A DNA stretch of 64,000 nt from an uncultured candidate division Zixibacteria bacterium (GCA_963713865.1 OY970208.1:2432001-2496000); one strand, 5' to 3'; positions 52,193-61,833 are shown, counted from the stretch's first letter. Made by a program: numbers and translations. The notes: generated by a model not told the origin, from the sequence alone.

Positions 52193-52510
52193 GGCTAACA
52201 TAGGTTTATCTGTACTAATAAAACTACAATTACAGATATTTCTAACCCATAGAAACTTCCTTGCTAACTTACAATTTTTTTTAATCATTCCCTTAATTCG
52301 CAACGGAAAGATAATAGATATCTAATAAACTTACCATCTTTTATACAGTTAAAAAAAGCCGCATAAAATGAAAATTAAAATATATCTGCAAGCAAGATAA
52401 CTTGCCTTGTTTAGATATGCAAGTGAAATTTTTCGTCAGGGCAGGGGACCTGACGGGCACGTGAAAGAGATTTAGCCGGGCAGTTTTCCACAGTCCGACC
52501 TACTGCTACT
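52193..52510 (-). repeat. Repeated REP / promoter / attI-like block, copy 2
   Basis: As copy 1 with scattered substitutions; ends GATAAACCTAT-GTTAGCC. Confidence 0.85.
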
Positions 52511-52514
52511 TGGC

Positions 52515-52688
52515 TTATGCGCTCCGGTTGGCGAACGATCGACCAGCGTTTACACCGGAACCAAACCCTGTTGCAAAGAAACCGATTTTTGCTGCCAGCG
52601 AGACATCTCTCCAAATCACAATTGAGAAGACAACCGCAAAAACAAAAAACATGATTGATATCCCCATAAGATTTTTGTTTGACCTCAT
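52515..52688 (-). CDS. Small membrane protein (57 aa, cargo)
   Basis: AAGGAG RBS; MRSNKNLMGISIMFFVFAVVFSIVIWRDVSLAAKIGFFATGFGSG... Confidence 0.6.
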   Translation of the reverse strand: MRSNKNLMGISIMFFVFAVVFSIVIWRDVSLAAKIGFFATGFGSGVNAGRSFANRSA

Positions 52689-52746
52689 CCTAATATCTCC
52701 TTCGTGAATTTTAAAATTACAGCCATATTCACACTCAAACCCGGCT

Positions 52747-52800
52747 ACCCAACACAGGTTAATCTGTACCAATAAAATTACAATTACGGCTATTTCCAAC
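52747..52800 (-). repeat. Partial attI-like copy bounded by two GTT cores
   Basis: GTTGGAAATAGCCGTAATTGTAATTTTATTGGTACAGATTAACCTGT-GTTGGGT. Confidence 0.8.
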
Positions 52801-52810
52801 CAAACTATGA

Positions 52811-54328
52811 TTAGCTTTCCTGTTCGGTAGCCTTTGCCCTTTCCTCATAAGACATATCTGCCAGGCGTTTAACTTCGTTCACATCAAGGCCCAATCCTTC
52901 CGCTACGCGACGGCCATAATCCTGGTCCGCTTTATAAAACAAAGCTGTCTGGCGAAATTGAATGCGTTTTTTCGCCTTGCCCAGGTGGTCCACTATGTTG
53001 CCGATCAGGTGATCCCGGTCCTCATCCTGCATAACTTTGCGATAGAGGTTTCCAGGTTGAACAAAGTCATCATTAGGAAAATTAAAGGGGAAACGCCCCG
53101 CCTGGCCTGAAAGTTCAAAAGGAGGTTCGCCTGTTGCGGGATCCGGCCCGGGGCCGTCAAAACTGTTGGGCCAGTAATTGGGTCCACCCCCTCCGTTGGC
53201 GTCAACACGCATGAAACCGTCACGCTGGTAATTGTTTTCCAAAGCGCATTTAGGCGCATTGACTGGAATAAGATGATAATTAGGACCCAGTCTATGAAGG
53301 TGCGTATCATGGTAAGAAAAAACCCTTGCTTGCAGCATCTTATCCGGTGAAACGGCGATTCCCGGGACTACGTTTCCCGGGCAAAAAGCCGCCTGCTCTA
53401 CTTCTGCAAAATAGTTGACGGGGTTACGGTTTAAAACCAGCTTACCAATTTTGACGGGTGGGACTTCTTTATGCGGCCACACTTTAGTGATGTCAAAGAT
53501 ATCCCAGGGGAAATCCTTGGCTTTCTCTGGTGTTAGAATCTGCATCTCCAGCGTCCAGGAAGGATAGTCACCTCGTTCGATAGCATTATACAGATCACGG
53601 GTGGCGTGATCCGGATCTTCCCCGCAGAGCCTCTTCGATTCCTGGCGGGTCAGATTCTTGATACCCTGATCTGTCTTGAAATGGTATTGTACCCAGAAAT
53701 ACTCCCCCTTATCATTGTACCATTTGAAGGTGTGGCTACTATAACCGTTCATATGCCGGTAAGCGGCCGGTGTTCCCCTGTCGGAGAAAAGAATGGTAAC
53801 TTGATGAACGGATTCGGGAGTAAGAGACAGAAAGTCCCAAAACATGTCCGGATCAGGCAGATTGGTTGCGGGGCGCCTTTTCTGGGTGTGGATGAAGTCG
53901 GGGAACTTAAGTGGATCCCGGATAAAAAATACCGGCGTGTTGTTGCCCACGAGGTCATAATTGCCTTCTTCAGTGTAGAATTTCAATGCAAAGCCGCGTG
54001 GGTCCCGTGCAGCATCGGCTGAGCCCCTTTCACCACCAACGGTGGAAAAGCGAGCGAAGACTTCCGTGCGCTTTCCCACTTTTGAAAGAAACTTGGCTTT
54101 GGTGTACCTGGTCACATCGGCAGTAACTTCGAAATAACCAAATGCTCCAGCTCCTTTTGCATGCACGACACGTTCGGGAATTCGCTCACGGTCGAAGTGG
54201 GCTAATTTTTCCAGCAAATGGGCATCCTGCATGAGTACAGGTCCACGTTCACCGGCTGTCATGCTGTTCTGGTCGTCAGCCACAGGGATTCCAAAAGCTG
54301 TGGTTAGTCTTTTTTTCTCTTCTTTCAT
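52811..54328 (-). CDS. katA: Monofunctional heme catalase (small subunit)
   Basis: [40 protein letters not shown]. Confidence 0.93.
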   Translation of the reverse strand: MKEEKKRLTTAFGIPVADDQNSMTAGERGPVLMQDAHLLEKLAHFDRERIPERVVHAKGAGAFGYFEVTADVTRYTKAKFLSKVGKRTEVFARFSTVGGERGSADAARDPRGFALKFYTEEGNYDLVGNNTPVFFIRDPLKFPDFIHTQKRRPATNLPDPDMFWDFLSLTPESVHQVTILFSDRGTPAAYRHMNGYSSHTFKWYNDKGEYFWVQYHFKTDQGIKNLTRQESKRLCGEDPDHATRDLYNAIERGDYPSWTLEMQILTPEKAKDFPWDIFDITKVWPHKEVPPVKIGKLVLNRNPVNYFAEVEQAAFCPGNVVPGIAVSPDKMLQARVFSYHDTHLHRLGPNYHLIPVNAPKCALENNYQRDGFMRVDANGGGGPNYWPNSFDGPGPDPATGEPPFELSGQAGRFPFNFPNDDFVQPGNLYRKVMQDEDRDHLIGNIVDHLGKAKKRIQFRQTALFYKADQDYGRRVAEGLGLDVNEVKRLADMSYEERAKATEQES

Positions 54329-54364
54329 GGCTTACCTCCTTCCTGTAATTATGAATCCATAGCT

Positions 54365-54600
54365 ATATAACATAGGTTTATCTGTACTAATAAAATTACA
54401 ATTACGGCTATTTCTGACCATAAAAACCTTTTTGCTAACTTATAATTTTATTTAATCATTTACTTTATTTACAAGCAGTAAGATAATAAATTTCTAATAA
54501 ACTTACCCTCTTTTATACGGCTAAAAGAAACCGCATAAAATGAAAATTAAAATAAATCTGAAAAAAAGATAACTTTCCTTTTTCAGGTATGCAAGTAAAA
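54365..54600 (-). repeat. Repeated promoter / attI-like block, copy 3
   Basis: Aligns with 50701-50930; ends GATAAACCTAT-GTTATAT. Confidence 0.85.
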
Positions 54601-54714
54601 CTTTTCCCTCCCTAAATTAAGCAGCCACCCTTGATGTGTTGTCAAGTGTCACTACCTGACAGCCATAAGTACTTGACGTCAGGAGGTAACTCCTGACGCC
54701 ACAATTCAACAATA

Positions 54715-55224
54715 TTATTTTTGCCTTTTTCCTTCCGCATCGAACCATTCACTGTCTGGACATACCGGCTCAGCCTGGTTTCTCCTCACATTATCTCCCT
54801 GGATGGAAGCCATTATGAAATTCTCCGGAGGAACTGGTGAACCGAAAAGACGGCGCAACATAGCCAGCTGTCCCGCGTGTGACATAGCATCTGAGAAGGG
54901 TCCCTGAAGCATCCTTTCAGGAGTAGTGCCCTGGAATGGCGTTCCCTGTTCCAGATGTGTCCTGAGACTATCAAGTATCCTGTGAAACTCCTCGATTTCC
55001 AGATTAAAGTTGTCTTTGATCTCAGGTCTGAACTTTCCTCCAACAAAAAACGTCCTGGCGTATCCCAGAACATTGGTCATATGAAAAACTATTTGATGAG
55101 GCGTCCTGACACCAGGAGCGGCACGGAAACTCGCAAATTCAGGCGGAGCATCCCTGAGGGCTTTTTGCGCTCGATAAGCTATTGCCCCAAGAAAGTGGCG
55201 AAGTATCATTCTTTTATCATCCAT
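54715..55224 (-). CDS. DinB-like hypothetical protein
   Basis: RTPHQIVFHM...DAMSHAGQLAMLRR His pattern. Confidence 0.6.
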   Translation of the reverse strand: MDDKRMILRHFLGAIAYRAQKALRDAPPEFASFRAAPGVRTPHQIVFHMTNVLGYARTFFVGGKFRPEIKDNFNLEIEEFHRILDSLRTHLEQGTPFQGTTPERMLQGPFSDAMSHAGQLAMLRRLFGSPVPPENFIMASIQGDNVRRNQAEPVCPDSEWFDAEGKRQK

Positions 55225-55557
55225 ACAAGCTCACCTTTTGGCAGTATAATAAAAGTTTCTCTAATCTTGCAAGAGAAATTCCTATGTCTGGTCAAGGGAA
55301 ATGATTGGCATGTGTACAAAACAATTTCCCTCCCTCGATGGGAGGGAATAAAAGGGAGGGTGTTAACATTATTTTATTACCCTCTCCCCCGCCTCTGGCG
55401 GGATTTTCAACCTATCCCTCTCCCATTAAGGGAGAGGGAACTAAAAAAAATATCCCACCCCGCTTCTGGCGGGATGGGATACCAAAATCGCAAGGAGATC
55501 CACTTGGATGTCCCTGCAATTATTTGGACAGGACACTGTCCTGTCCCTACAAAAAGA

Positions 55558-56652
55558 TTATTTTATATCAAACTTAATATTTATCTCCTGAGACAACTTC
55601 TCCAGCTGGCCATAGACTTTGTCCTGCAAGGGCAACCCGTTTTTCTTATAATAATCCCATTTCTCAAATTCCTTTTCTCCGTGGATATAAATTCTTTTTT
55701 CTCCTTCGGCTTTATTGGCGCTTTTCAGCTCGTTGATCATCCTGTCCATCATTTTTTTGAATGTATCCAGTGGAATGAAATTATCTATCTTTATCGCTCC
55801 AAAGAAATGCCCTACATTGGAGAATTTCTGGGAAGGGTCTCTTTTGGAATCGACATAAGGTCCGTATGCTGCTCCGGAGAGTATTCCGGAGAAGATATCT
55901 ACCAGGACCGAAAGCCCATATCCTTTATGCCCGCTGAACTCCTCGCCGGCTCCGCCTAAAGGAAGAACTCCGCCTCCTGCGGCTTTGGTCATATTGTCCA
56001 GAACCTTTTTGGTATCAGTTGTGGGAACGCCCTTTTCGTCCACTGCCCAGCCCAAGGGAAGAGGTTTTCCCAGACGGTCCAGGACCTCTAATTTTCCCCT
56101 CGGAACCACAGTGGTTGCCATATCCAGTACAAAAGGTCTTTCTTTTGCGGTGGGGAAGACCACGCTGATCGGATTGGTGCCGATGATCATATCCCGGCTG
56201 AAAGTGGGAACACCCAATGGAGCTGAGTTGGTCATAGAAATCCCGCAGAGATTTTCTTTTATCGCCATCATCGAATAATATCCGGCAATTCCAAAATGAT
56301 TGGAATTTCCAACGGTAACCAGGCCTACTCCTGCTTTTTTGGCTTTATCGATAGCCAATTTCATTCCAAAAAGCCCGGCTGGCTGGCCTAAACCGTTTTC
56401 TCCGCTCACTGCTGCAGTGGTGGGAGTTTCTTTTATGATCTTGGGCTTGACTTTGGGTAGTATCTTCCCGTTTTTGATCCCGTTGACGTATCTCATCAGG
56501 CGGGCAACTCCGTGTGAGGGGATAGCCCTGAGGTCTGCCTGGACCAGATTATCTGCAGTTACCTCTGCATCTTCTTTGGTTACTCCCAAGTCGATGAATA
56601 CCTGAGTACAAAAGCTGCTCAGCTTTTTATCATTGACCAGTATGTCTGCCAT
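55558..56652 (-). CDS. Ldh_2 family malate/L-lactate dehydrogenase
   Basis: SHGVARL, SNHFGIAGYY, GTNPIS, DMATT, HKGYGL. Confidence 0.88.
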   Translation of the reverse strand: MADILVNDKKLSSFCTQVFIDLGVTKEDAEVTADNLVQADLRAIPSHGVARLMRYVNGIKNGKILPKVKPKIIKETPTTAAVSGENGLGQPAGLFGMKLAIDKAKKAGVGLVTVGNSNHFGIAGYYSMMAIKENLCGISMTNSAPLGVPTFSRDMIIGTNPISVVFPTAKERPFVLDMATTVVPRGKLEVLDRLGKPLPLGWAVDEKGVPTTDTKKVLDNMTKAAGGGVLPLGGAGEEFSGHKGYGLSVLVDIFSGILSGAAYGPYVDSKRDPSQKFSNVGHFFGAIKIDNFIPLDTFKKMMDRMINELKSANKAEGEKRIYIHGEKEFEKWDYYKKNGLPLQDKVYGQLEKLSQEINIKFDIK

Positions 56653-56692
56653 TCTTACTCCTTTTTTAAAAGTTTATTTCTTCCTGAACGGA

Positions 56693-57961
56693 TCAATTCT
56701 GGACCATACAAGGATAAATCAATCCTCCCTGTGGCATAATGTAAGCTTTGAAATCCTCCCCGTGCCTGGTTTTAATCTTATCCAGTGCATCTTCCAGGTT
56801 TTCCGCATATTTGAAGAGCCTTTTCTCTAAGAAATCTTTTTTCATAGAGGAGATAACGTAAACCTGATAATTCTTAAGAGTTTTGGAGTTAATCACTGCG
56901 GTGTGACCACCAACCACAATGTCTTTTTCCCTGGTATTCAAAAGCTCATCACAACAGGAAGCATTTGCCAGCCATTTATCAAAGGTATCTGAGCCGATCC
57001 CCTCCCTGGATTCGGTAAGCATCACTACGGTTCCTCCCTCTTTTACCACCTCTTTGGCGTTGTTCATTGTCTTCATAGTTTGATAAAGATTGACGTCCTT
57101 GGGATAACCTCCGGCACTGGCTATAACCGCATCGGCTAAGCAATCGATTTTTACTTTATAAAGCTGATTGCAGGCAGCCACCCCGGCCAGGAAAGCTTCT
57201 TTTAAATCTCCAGCTACTATCTTTACTATTTCCTTTTTATCGTTTATCACCACATTTAGCAGAAAATCTACTCCCGCCCTACGGGCGGCTTCTTCCATTT
57301 CCAGATTTATCGGGTTATCATTAAGCCTGGCAATCCCCACTCCCGGCCTGCATACCATAGCATGGTTTGCCCGGATGGTTTCTCTACCCGCTACTCCAGG
57401 CAGAATCCCTTTTCTACCGCCGGAATACCCTCCGAAATAATGAGTGGTGATAAGTCCGGTCATCACCACTAAGTCAGATTCCTTGATCAGTTTATTTACC
57501 AAAAGCTCGTTCCCGGTAGAAAGATTACCGAAAGATACAAGATCTTTGTCACATTCATGGCTTATCAATTCATAGTTATCAACTATCTCATCCCCGAAAT
57601 TATCCCGATTTTCCTTGTCAGTGTGGGGTCGGTGCGCTCCGGTTCCCACTAAAAAACTGATATCCTCATTTTTTATTCCACCAGCATTTAATTCCTCAAG
57701 AATGGGGATAAGAAAATTATACCCTGGTCGTTTGTAAGGGGTGCCACGGGTGAAATCGCTTACCACAATAACTGCTGTCTTCTTCCTTTTGGCTAATTCG
57801 CTTAATCTTTTACTTTTGATTGGATTCTGTAATGCCTGGATAGCTGACTGGTTAACGTCTGAAAGACCCGGAACTTTTTCCAATTCTAAGACTTTAAGAA
57901 GGTTTTTATCTTGAAGATTTAACTCTTTATAACCATCGCCGTATTTTAGGTTTATTTTCAT
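56693..57961 (-). CDS. larA: Nickel-pincer lactate racemase family protein
   Basis: SDFTR, GTGAHR, HYFGGYSGGRKGILPG, GGYPKDVNLYQ. Confidence 0.85.
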   Translation of the reverse strand: MKINLKYGDGYKELNLQDKNLLKVLELEKVPGLSDVNQSAIQALQNPIKSKRLSELAKRKKTAVIVVSDFTRGTPYKRPGYNFLIPILEELNAGGIKNEDISFLVGTGAHRPHTDKENRDNFGDEIVDNYELISHECDKDLVSFGNLSTGNELLVNKLIKESDLVVMTGLITTHYFGGYSGGRKGILPGVAGRETIRANHAMVCRPGVGIARLNDNPINLEMEEAARRAGVDFLLNVVINDKKEIVKIVAGDLKEAFLAGVAACNQLYKVKIDCLADAVIASAGGYPKDVNLYQTMKTMNNAKEVVKEGGTVVMLTESREGIGSDTFDKWLANASCCDELLNTREKDIVVGGHTAVINSKTLKNYQVYVISSMKKDFLEKRLFKYAENLEDALDKIKTRHGEDFKAYIMPQGGLIYPCMVQN

Positions 57962-58250
57962 AAATTTTCCTCGTTTCTACTATTAATACGCAGATGCGAA
58001 ATAAAATATATCAAAGCCGTTTTCAGGAAGCAAGGGTTTTTTGTGAAATTTTTAACAAAGTTATTTATCCTGCAGTGCGAGACGATGAATGGTAAATGAC
58101 GGATATCGGATGGTTATTCTTTTATAGGGGAGGGGATTGTTGAGCTTTGCAAAATCGCACTTTGCGGTGGTTCCTTCCCGTTTTTTCGGGCTACCCTACA
58201 TATTTCCCTAATCCGGTAAACCCACGTTGCCCTAAAGTGGGTTAATTCTT

Positions 58251-58478
58251 TTATCTCCTGAAAAATATATTAAACAAAATAAAAAGCAGGGAAAGAATCA
58301 GGCTGATCAAAACAGAGGAAGCTAAGGGAAAGTAAAACGAAAAATTTTTCTTTTGAATATAAACATCTCCGGGAAGTTTTCCGAAGAATGGCAATTTTCC
58401 AAAAAGGAGCATAGCGCCACCTAAAAGGACTAAAATTACACCAAATAGAATTATTAACTTGCTCAAATTAGTAATCAT
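58251..58478 (-). CDS. DUF2905 membrane protein
   Basis: GKLPGDVYI...FYFPLASS. Confidence 0.8.
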   Translation of the reverse strand: MITNLSKLIILFGVILVLLGGAMLLFGKLPFFGKLPGDVYIQKKNFSFYFPLASSVLISLILSLLFILFNIFFRR

Positions 58479-58557
58479 TTCCCTTTGAACTCTTAAACTT
58501 TCGAACTTTTAAACATTTTCAAAAGGCCGCATCCCCAAAGGAATTTACCAGCATAGG

Positions 58558-59304
58558 CTATTTTTTGCCAATTACTCTATAATTTAACCCCAGAGACATG
58601 GCGTTCTCACTAATCCCTTCGCTTGAGCCTAATCTTCCCGCTAAATCCAGATGCCAGTTCCTGAATAATTTGAAACTGGTCTTTGCTACCAGTCCCGCAG
58701 CATCATATGGTCCACCACTTAATCCTATCCACCAAGTAGAAGATTTAATTCCAAATCCCATACCCATATTAGCATAACCACCGCCAGAATAGAGCGGAAC
58801 GTTTTCCAATACACTCACAGAAAAATATAACTTTTTAGTGCCGAGACGGATGTGCCCGCTGGGAAAGGTCTCTCCCCCTTTCTCATCTTCAGAGACATCT
58901 AAGGTCTTCTGTGCAAAAAAAGGACCCGTCCCAATCCCAAACCCTTTCCACTCCAGAGAAAAATCAGGATTAAAATAGAAATTCGTCCTATCTTTAAATA
59001 GATAGGCATCATAATCATCAAGATATACTCTGGATACAGGTGTTTTATCTGAGATATAACCGCTTCTCAAGCCGATTTTGACCGGTGATTTAAACTTATG
59101 GTCAACCGAGAAACCAAAGTCATTAAATGGGATTTTATCTTTGGTAAGCACCTGCCCCTCACAACCGCGAGTAACATAGGCATAAGATCCTAAACCACCA
59201 GCGATTTTCAAATTAGTTTCAGTGCTGTCCTTCCCATCATTCTCTACCCCTATCAATAAAGGTAGGACAGCAAAGAAGCTTAATATTCTTGTGATTTTTC
59301 TCAT
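58558..59304 (-). CDS. Exported hypothetical protein, possibly an outer-membrane beta-barrel
   Basis: Signal-like N-terminus; alternating beta-strand pattern; ends SLGLNYR. Confidence 0.5.
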   Translation of the reverse strand: MRKITRILSFFAVLPLLIGVENDGKDSTETNLKIAGGLGSYAYVTRGCEGQVLTKDKIPFNDFGFSVDHKFKSPVKIGLRSGYISDKTPVSRVYLDDYDAYLFKDRTNFYFNPDFSLEWKGFGIGTGPFFAQKTLDVSEDEKGGETFPSGHIRLGTKKLYFSVSVLENVPLYSGGGYANMGMGFGIKSSTWWIGLSGGPYDAAGLVAKTSFKLFRNWHLDLAGRLGSSEGISENAMSLGLNYRVIGKK

Positions 59305-59457
59305 CTAAACCTCATTTTTTATAGAGTTGCCGAGCAAGGTTGAAGCCTTGCTCTATCTCATCTGGCACGGTAATTCCAATTCCCGTATCAACAAAGAACC
59401 AACCAAAGATTCTTCGCCCCTACGGGGACTCAGAATGACATTATAAAAGCAACCCAA

Positions 59458-60027
59458 TCATTTCCCCTTTGAACTTTTGAACCCTTGAACCTTTGAACCT
59501 TTTTTCTCATATCTTTCCTTCTCACTGAAAATACACCCGCAATACTTCTGACGATATAAATTCAATTCCTTAGCCATATTTTTACCTTCGTAATACCCTG
59601 GTCTTAAATCCTCATAGAAGAATTTTATATCATATTTTTTGGCCAGCTCTTCTCCAATTTCATTTATCAGCTCATGCTTTTGAGTAGGGCTGACTAAAAG
59701 GGTGGTTGAAAAAGCCTCAAACCCCTTTTCTTTAGCTACCCGGGCAGTTCTCTCTAATCTTAACTGGTAACAGAATCGACAACGGTCTTCTAAATGAGGC
59801 ATAACTGCCTGAAGATATTCTACCAGATCATAAGAATCCTCATAGATTATTGGAAAAACTTTAGCCCATTCTAAATATCCTGCCGCCTCTAACCTGTTCT
59901 GATATTCAGTGTAGGGGTGAATATTAGGATTATACCAGAAACCAGTAAGTTTGTGACCTTTTTCAGTTAATCTTTTTAGAGGATAGGTCAGGCAGGGACC
60001 ACAGCAGACATGAATCAGAATCTCCAT
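59458..60027 (-). CDS. queH: Epoxyqueuosine reductase
   Basis: IHVCCGPC, YNPNIHP, RCRFCY, YRQKYCGCIFS. Confidence 0.88.
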   Translation of the reverse strand: MEILIHVCCGPCLTYPLKRLTEKGHKLTGFWYNPNIHPYTEYQNRLEAAGYLEWAKVFPIIYEDSYDLVEYLQAVMPHLEDRCRFCYQLRLERTARVAKEKGFEAFSTTLLVSPTQKHELINEIGEELAKKYDIKFFYEDLRPGYYEGKNMAKELNLYRQKYCGCIFSEKERYEKKGSKVQGFKSSKGK

Positions 60028-60109
60028 AGATCTCTCGATAGTAGGTCGGGCTGTCCCGCCTTTGGCGGGACTACCCGACAAAACTTATGGTGGTTAGCTC
60101 ACCTGACTT

Positions 60110-61129
60110 TTAAAATAGCTCGTTCTGGGGCTTTGATTCTCGTTTTATCTCTAAATGCTGGTAAGCTGAATCGGTAGCGACTCTCCCTCGAGGTGTTCGA
60201 GCTAATAGACCTTCCGTAATTAAAAATGGCTCGTATATTTCTTCAATCGTATCCTCTTCCTCTCCCACTGCTACTGCTATAGTATTTATGCCTACTGGTC
60301 CACCTTTAAATTTATGTATAATCACTTCTAATATCCGCTTATCCATCTCATCTAAACCCAATTCATCCACATCTAACATCTTTAAAGCTTCGATCGCCAC
60401 TTTGCGGTCTATCTTCCCCTTAGCTTTCACCTGTGCATAATCCCGGACTCTCCTAAGAAGACGATTAGCCACCCGGGGAGTTCCTCTGGACCTTTTGGCA
60501 ATTTCTAAAGCCCCTTCATCTGTGATAAAAATATTTAATATCTTAGCTGAACGGTGAACGATTTTAAACAGGTCGTCCGGTATATAAAAATCTAAGCGGT
60601 TTACCAGTCCGAACCTGGACCTTAAAGGAGAGGTTAGAAGCCCTGCTCGGGTTGTGGCACCGATAAGGGTAAACTGATTCAGATTTATCTTTACCGATCT
60701 GGCAGAAGGACCTTTTTCTATCATTATATCCAAGGTGAAATCCTCCATAGCTGGATATAGATATTCCTCTACTATATGACTCAGCCGGTGAATTTCATCG
60801 ATAAATAGAACTTCTCCTTTTTGCAGATTGGTCAGAATCCCGGCTAAATCAGCCGGTTTATCTAAAATGGGACCGGAAGTAGATTTTATATTAGTCCCCA
60901 TCTCTTTGGCAATGATAAAAGCCAGGGTAGTTTTCCCCAGTCCTGGAGGACCATAGAAAAGGGTATGCTCTAAAGACTCTTTCCTTTTCTTGGCCGCTTG
61001 AATAAAAATCTTCAGGTTTTCTTTAACCTTATCCTGCCCCACGAATTCATCAAAGCGACAAGGGCGTAAAGTTAAATCAAGTTCTAACTCTTCAGTTAAC
61101 ACCTGCGGTGAAGTTATTCTTTCTGCCAT
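60110..61129 (-). CDS. ruvB: Holliday junction helicase RuvB
   Basis: [27 protein letters not shown]. Confidence 0.97.
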   Translation of the reverse strand: MAERITSPQVLTEELELDLTLRPCRFDEFVGQDKVKENLKIFIQAAKKRKESLEHTLFYGPPGLGKTTLAFIIAKEMGTNIKSTSGPILDKPADLAGILTNLQKGEVLFIDEIHRLSHIVEEYLYPAMEDFTLDIMIEKGPSARSVKINLNQFTLIGATTRAGLLTSPLRSRFGLVNRLDFYIPDDLFKIVHRSAKILNIFITDEGALEIAKRSRGTPRVANRLLRRVRDYAQVKAKGKIDRKVAIEALKMLDVDELGLDEMDKRILEVIIHKFKGGPVGINTIAVAVGEEEDTIEEIYEPFLITEGLLARTPRGRVATDSAYQHLEIKRESKPQNELF

Positions 61130-61209
61130 AATCTCTCAAATTAGTAGACAGTAGGTAGTAGACAGTAAACAGGGCAACCCATCCTCTTTCCCTGTCTACT
61201 GTATGCTGT

Positions 61210-61821
61210 CTACTGTCTACTGTTTACTTGCTTTAACGCTCTTTTAATCAACTCTTCTACCGATAGCTTCTCTTTTGCCCCTTCTTTCCCTTTCTCGATA
61301 GCCTTCTTTGCCTCGTAACGATTATACCCTAAGGAGAACAGGGCTAAGATAGCTTCCTGTTCGATCTGTGAATCTTCCCTATCTTTTATTTTTATCTTTA
61401 AATCTTTTTTCAAATCTAATTTCTCTAATTTTTCCTTTAGTTCTACTATCAATCTCTGGGCAGTTTTTCTGCCAATCCCGGGGATATTGGTGAGAAAATC
61501 TATCTGTTCATCCATTATTGCCCGGTGAAAATCTTCAACTGATATAAAGGATAAAATCCCTAACCCGGTTTTTGGACCTATTCCGTTAACCGAAAGCAGA
61601 GTCTCGAAAAGCCATTTCTCTCCCGTAGTGAAAAACCCATAAAGCTGAAGGCAATCCTCCCTTACATAATAATAGGTAAGAATCTTCACCTTTGAGCCGA
61701 TCTCACCTATCCTCTCAAAAGTGGAGATGGGGATATTAACGCTATATCCCACCCCCTGCACATCTAAGATCAGCTGGGTGGGATTTTTCTCCACCAGTTT
61801 TCCTTCCAAATATGCTATCAA
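61210..61821 (-). CDS. ruvA: RuvA
   Basis: VREDCLQLYGF, GIGPK, PGIGRKTAQR. Confidence 0.95.
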   Translation of the reverse strand: MIAYLEGKLVEKNPTQLILDVQGVGYSVNIPISTFERIGEIGSKVKILTYYYVREDCLQLYGFFTTGEKWLFETLLSVNGIGPKTGLGILSFISVEDFHRAIMDEQIDFLTNIPGIGRKTAQRLIVELKEKLEKLDLKKDLKIKIKDREDSQIEQEAILALFSLGYNRYEAKKAIEKGKEGAKEKLSVEELIKRALKQVNSRQ

Positions 61822-61833
61822 GTTTCTCTTGTC

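Noticed and set aside
52689-52799. N-terminal 37 aa of the 94 aa ORF 52515..52799
   Set aside because: It is derived from the attI-like fragment; an RBS supports the start at 52688.
49494-54600. CRISPR array or ordinary attC array (CALIN)
   Set aside because: The repeats are 230-315 bp, AT-rich and promoter-bearing rather than short or palindromic, the intervening segments are whole genes, and no cas genes are present.
54715-55224. DinB-like gene as a further unit of the cargo array
   Set aside because: No attI-like block upstream and no attC or AGTAGCAGTAG junction downstream; it has its own promoter-like sequence.
54955-55959. 334 aa plus-strand ORF
   Set aside because: It is antisense to two well-supported genes and runs through a REP cluster, with no recognisable motif.
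60028-60081. N-terminal extension of QueH in the ORF track
   Set aside because: It is the translation of a REP; the family-like sequence begins at MEILIHVCC (60027).
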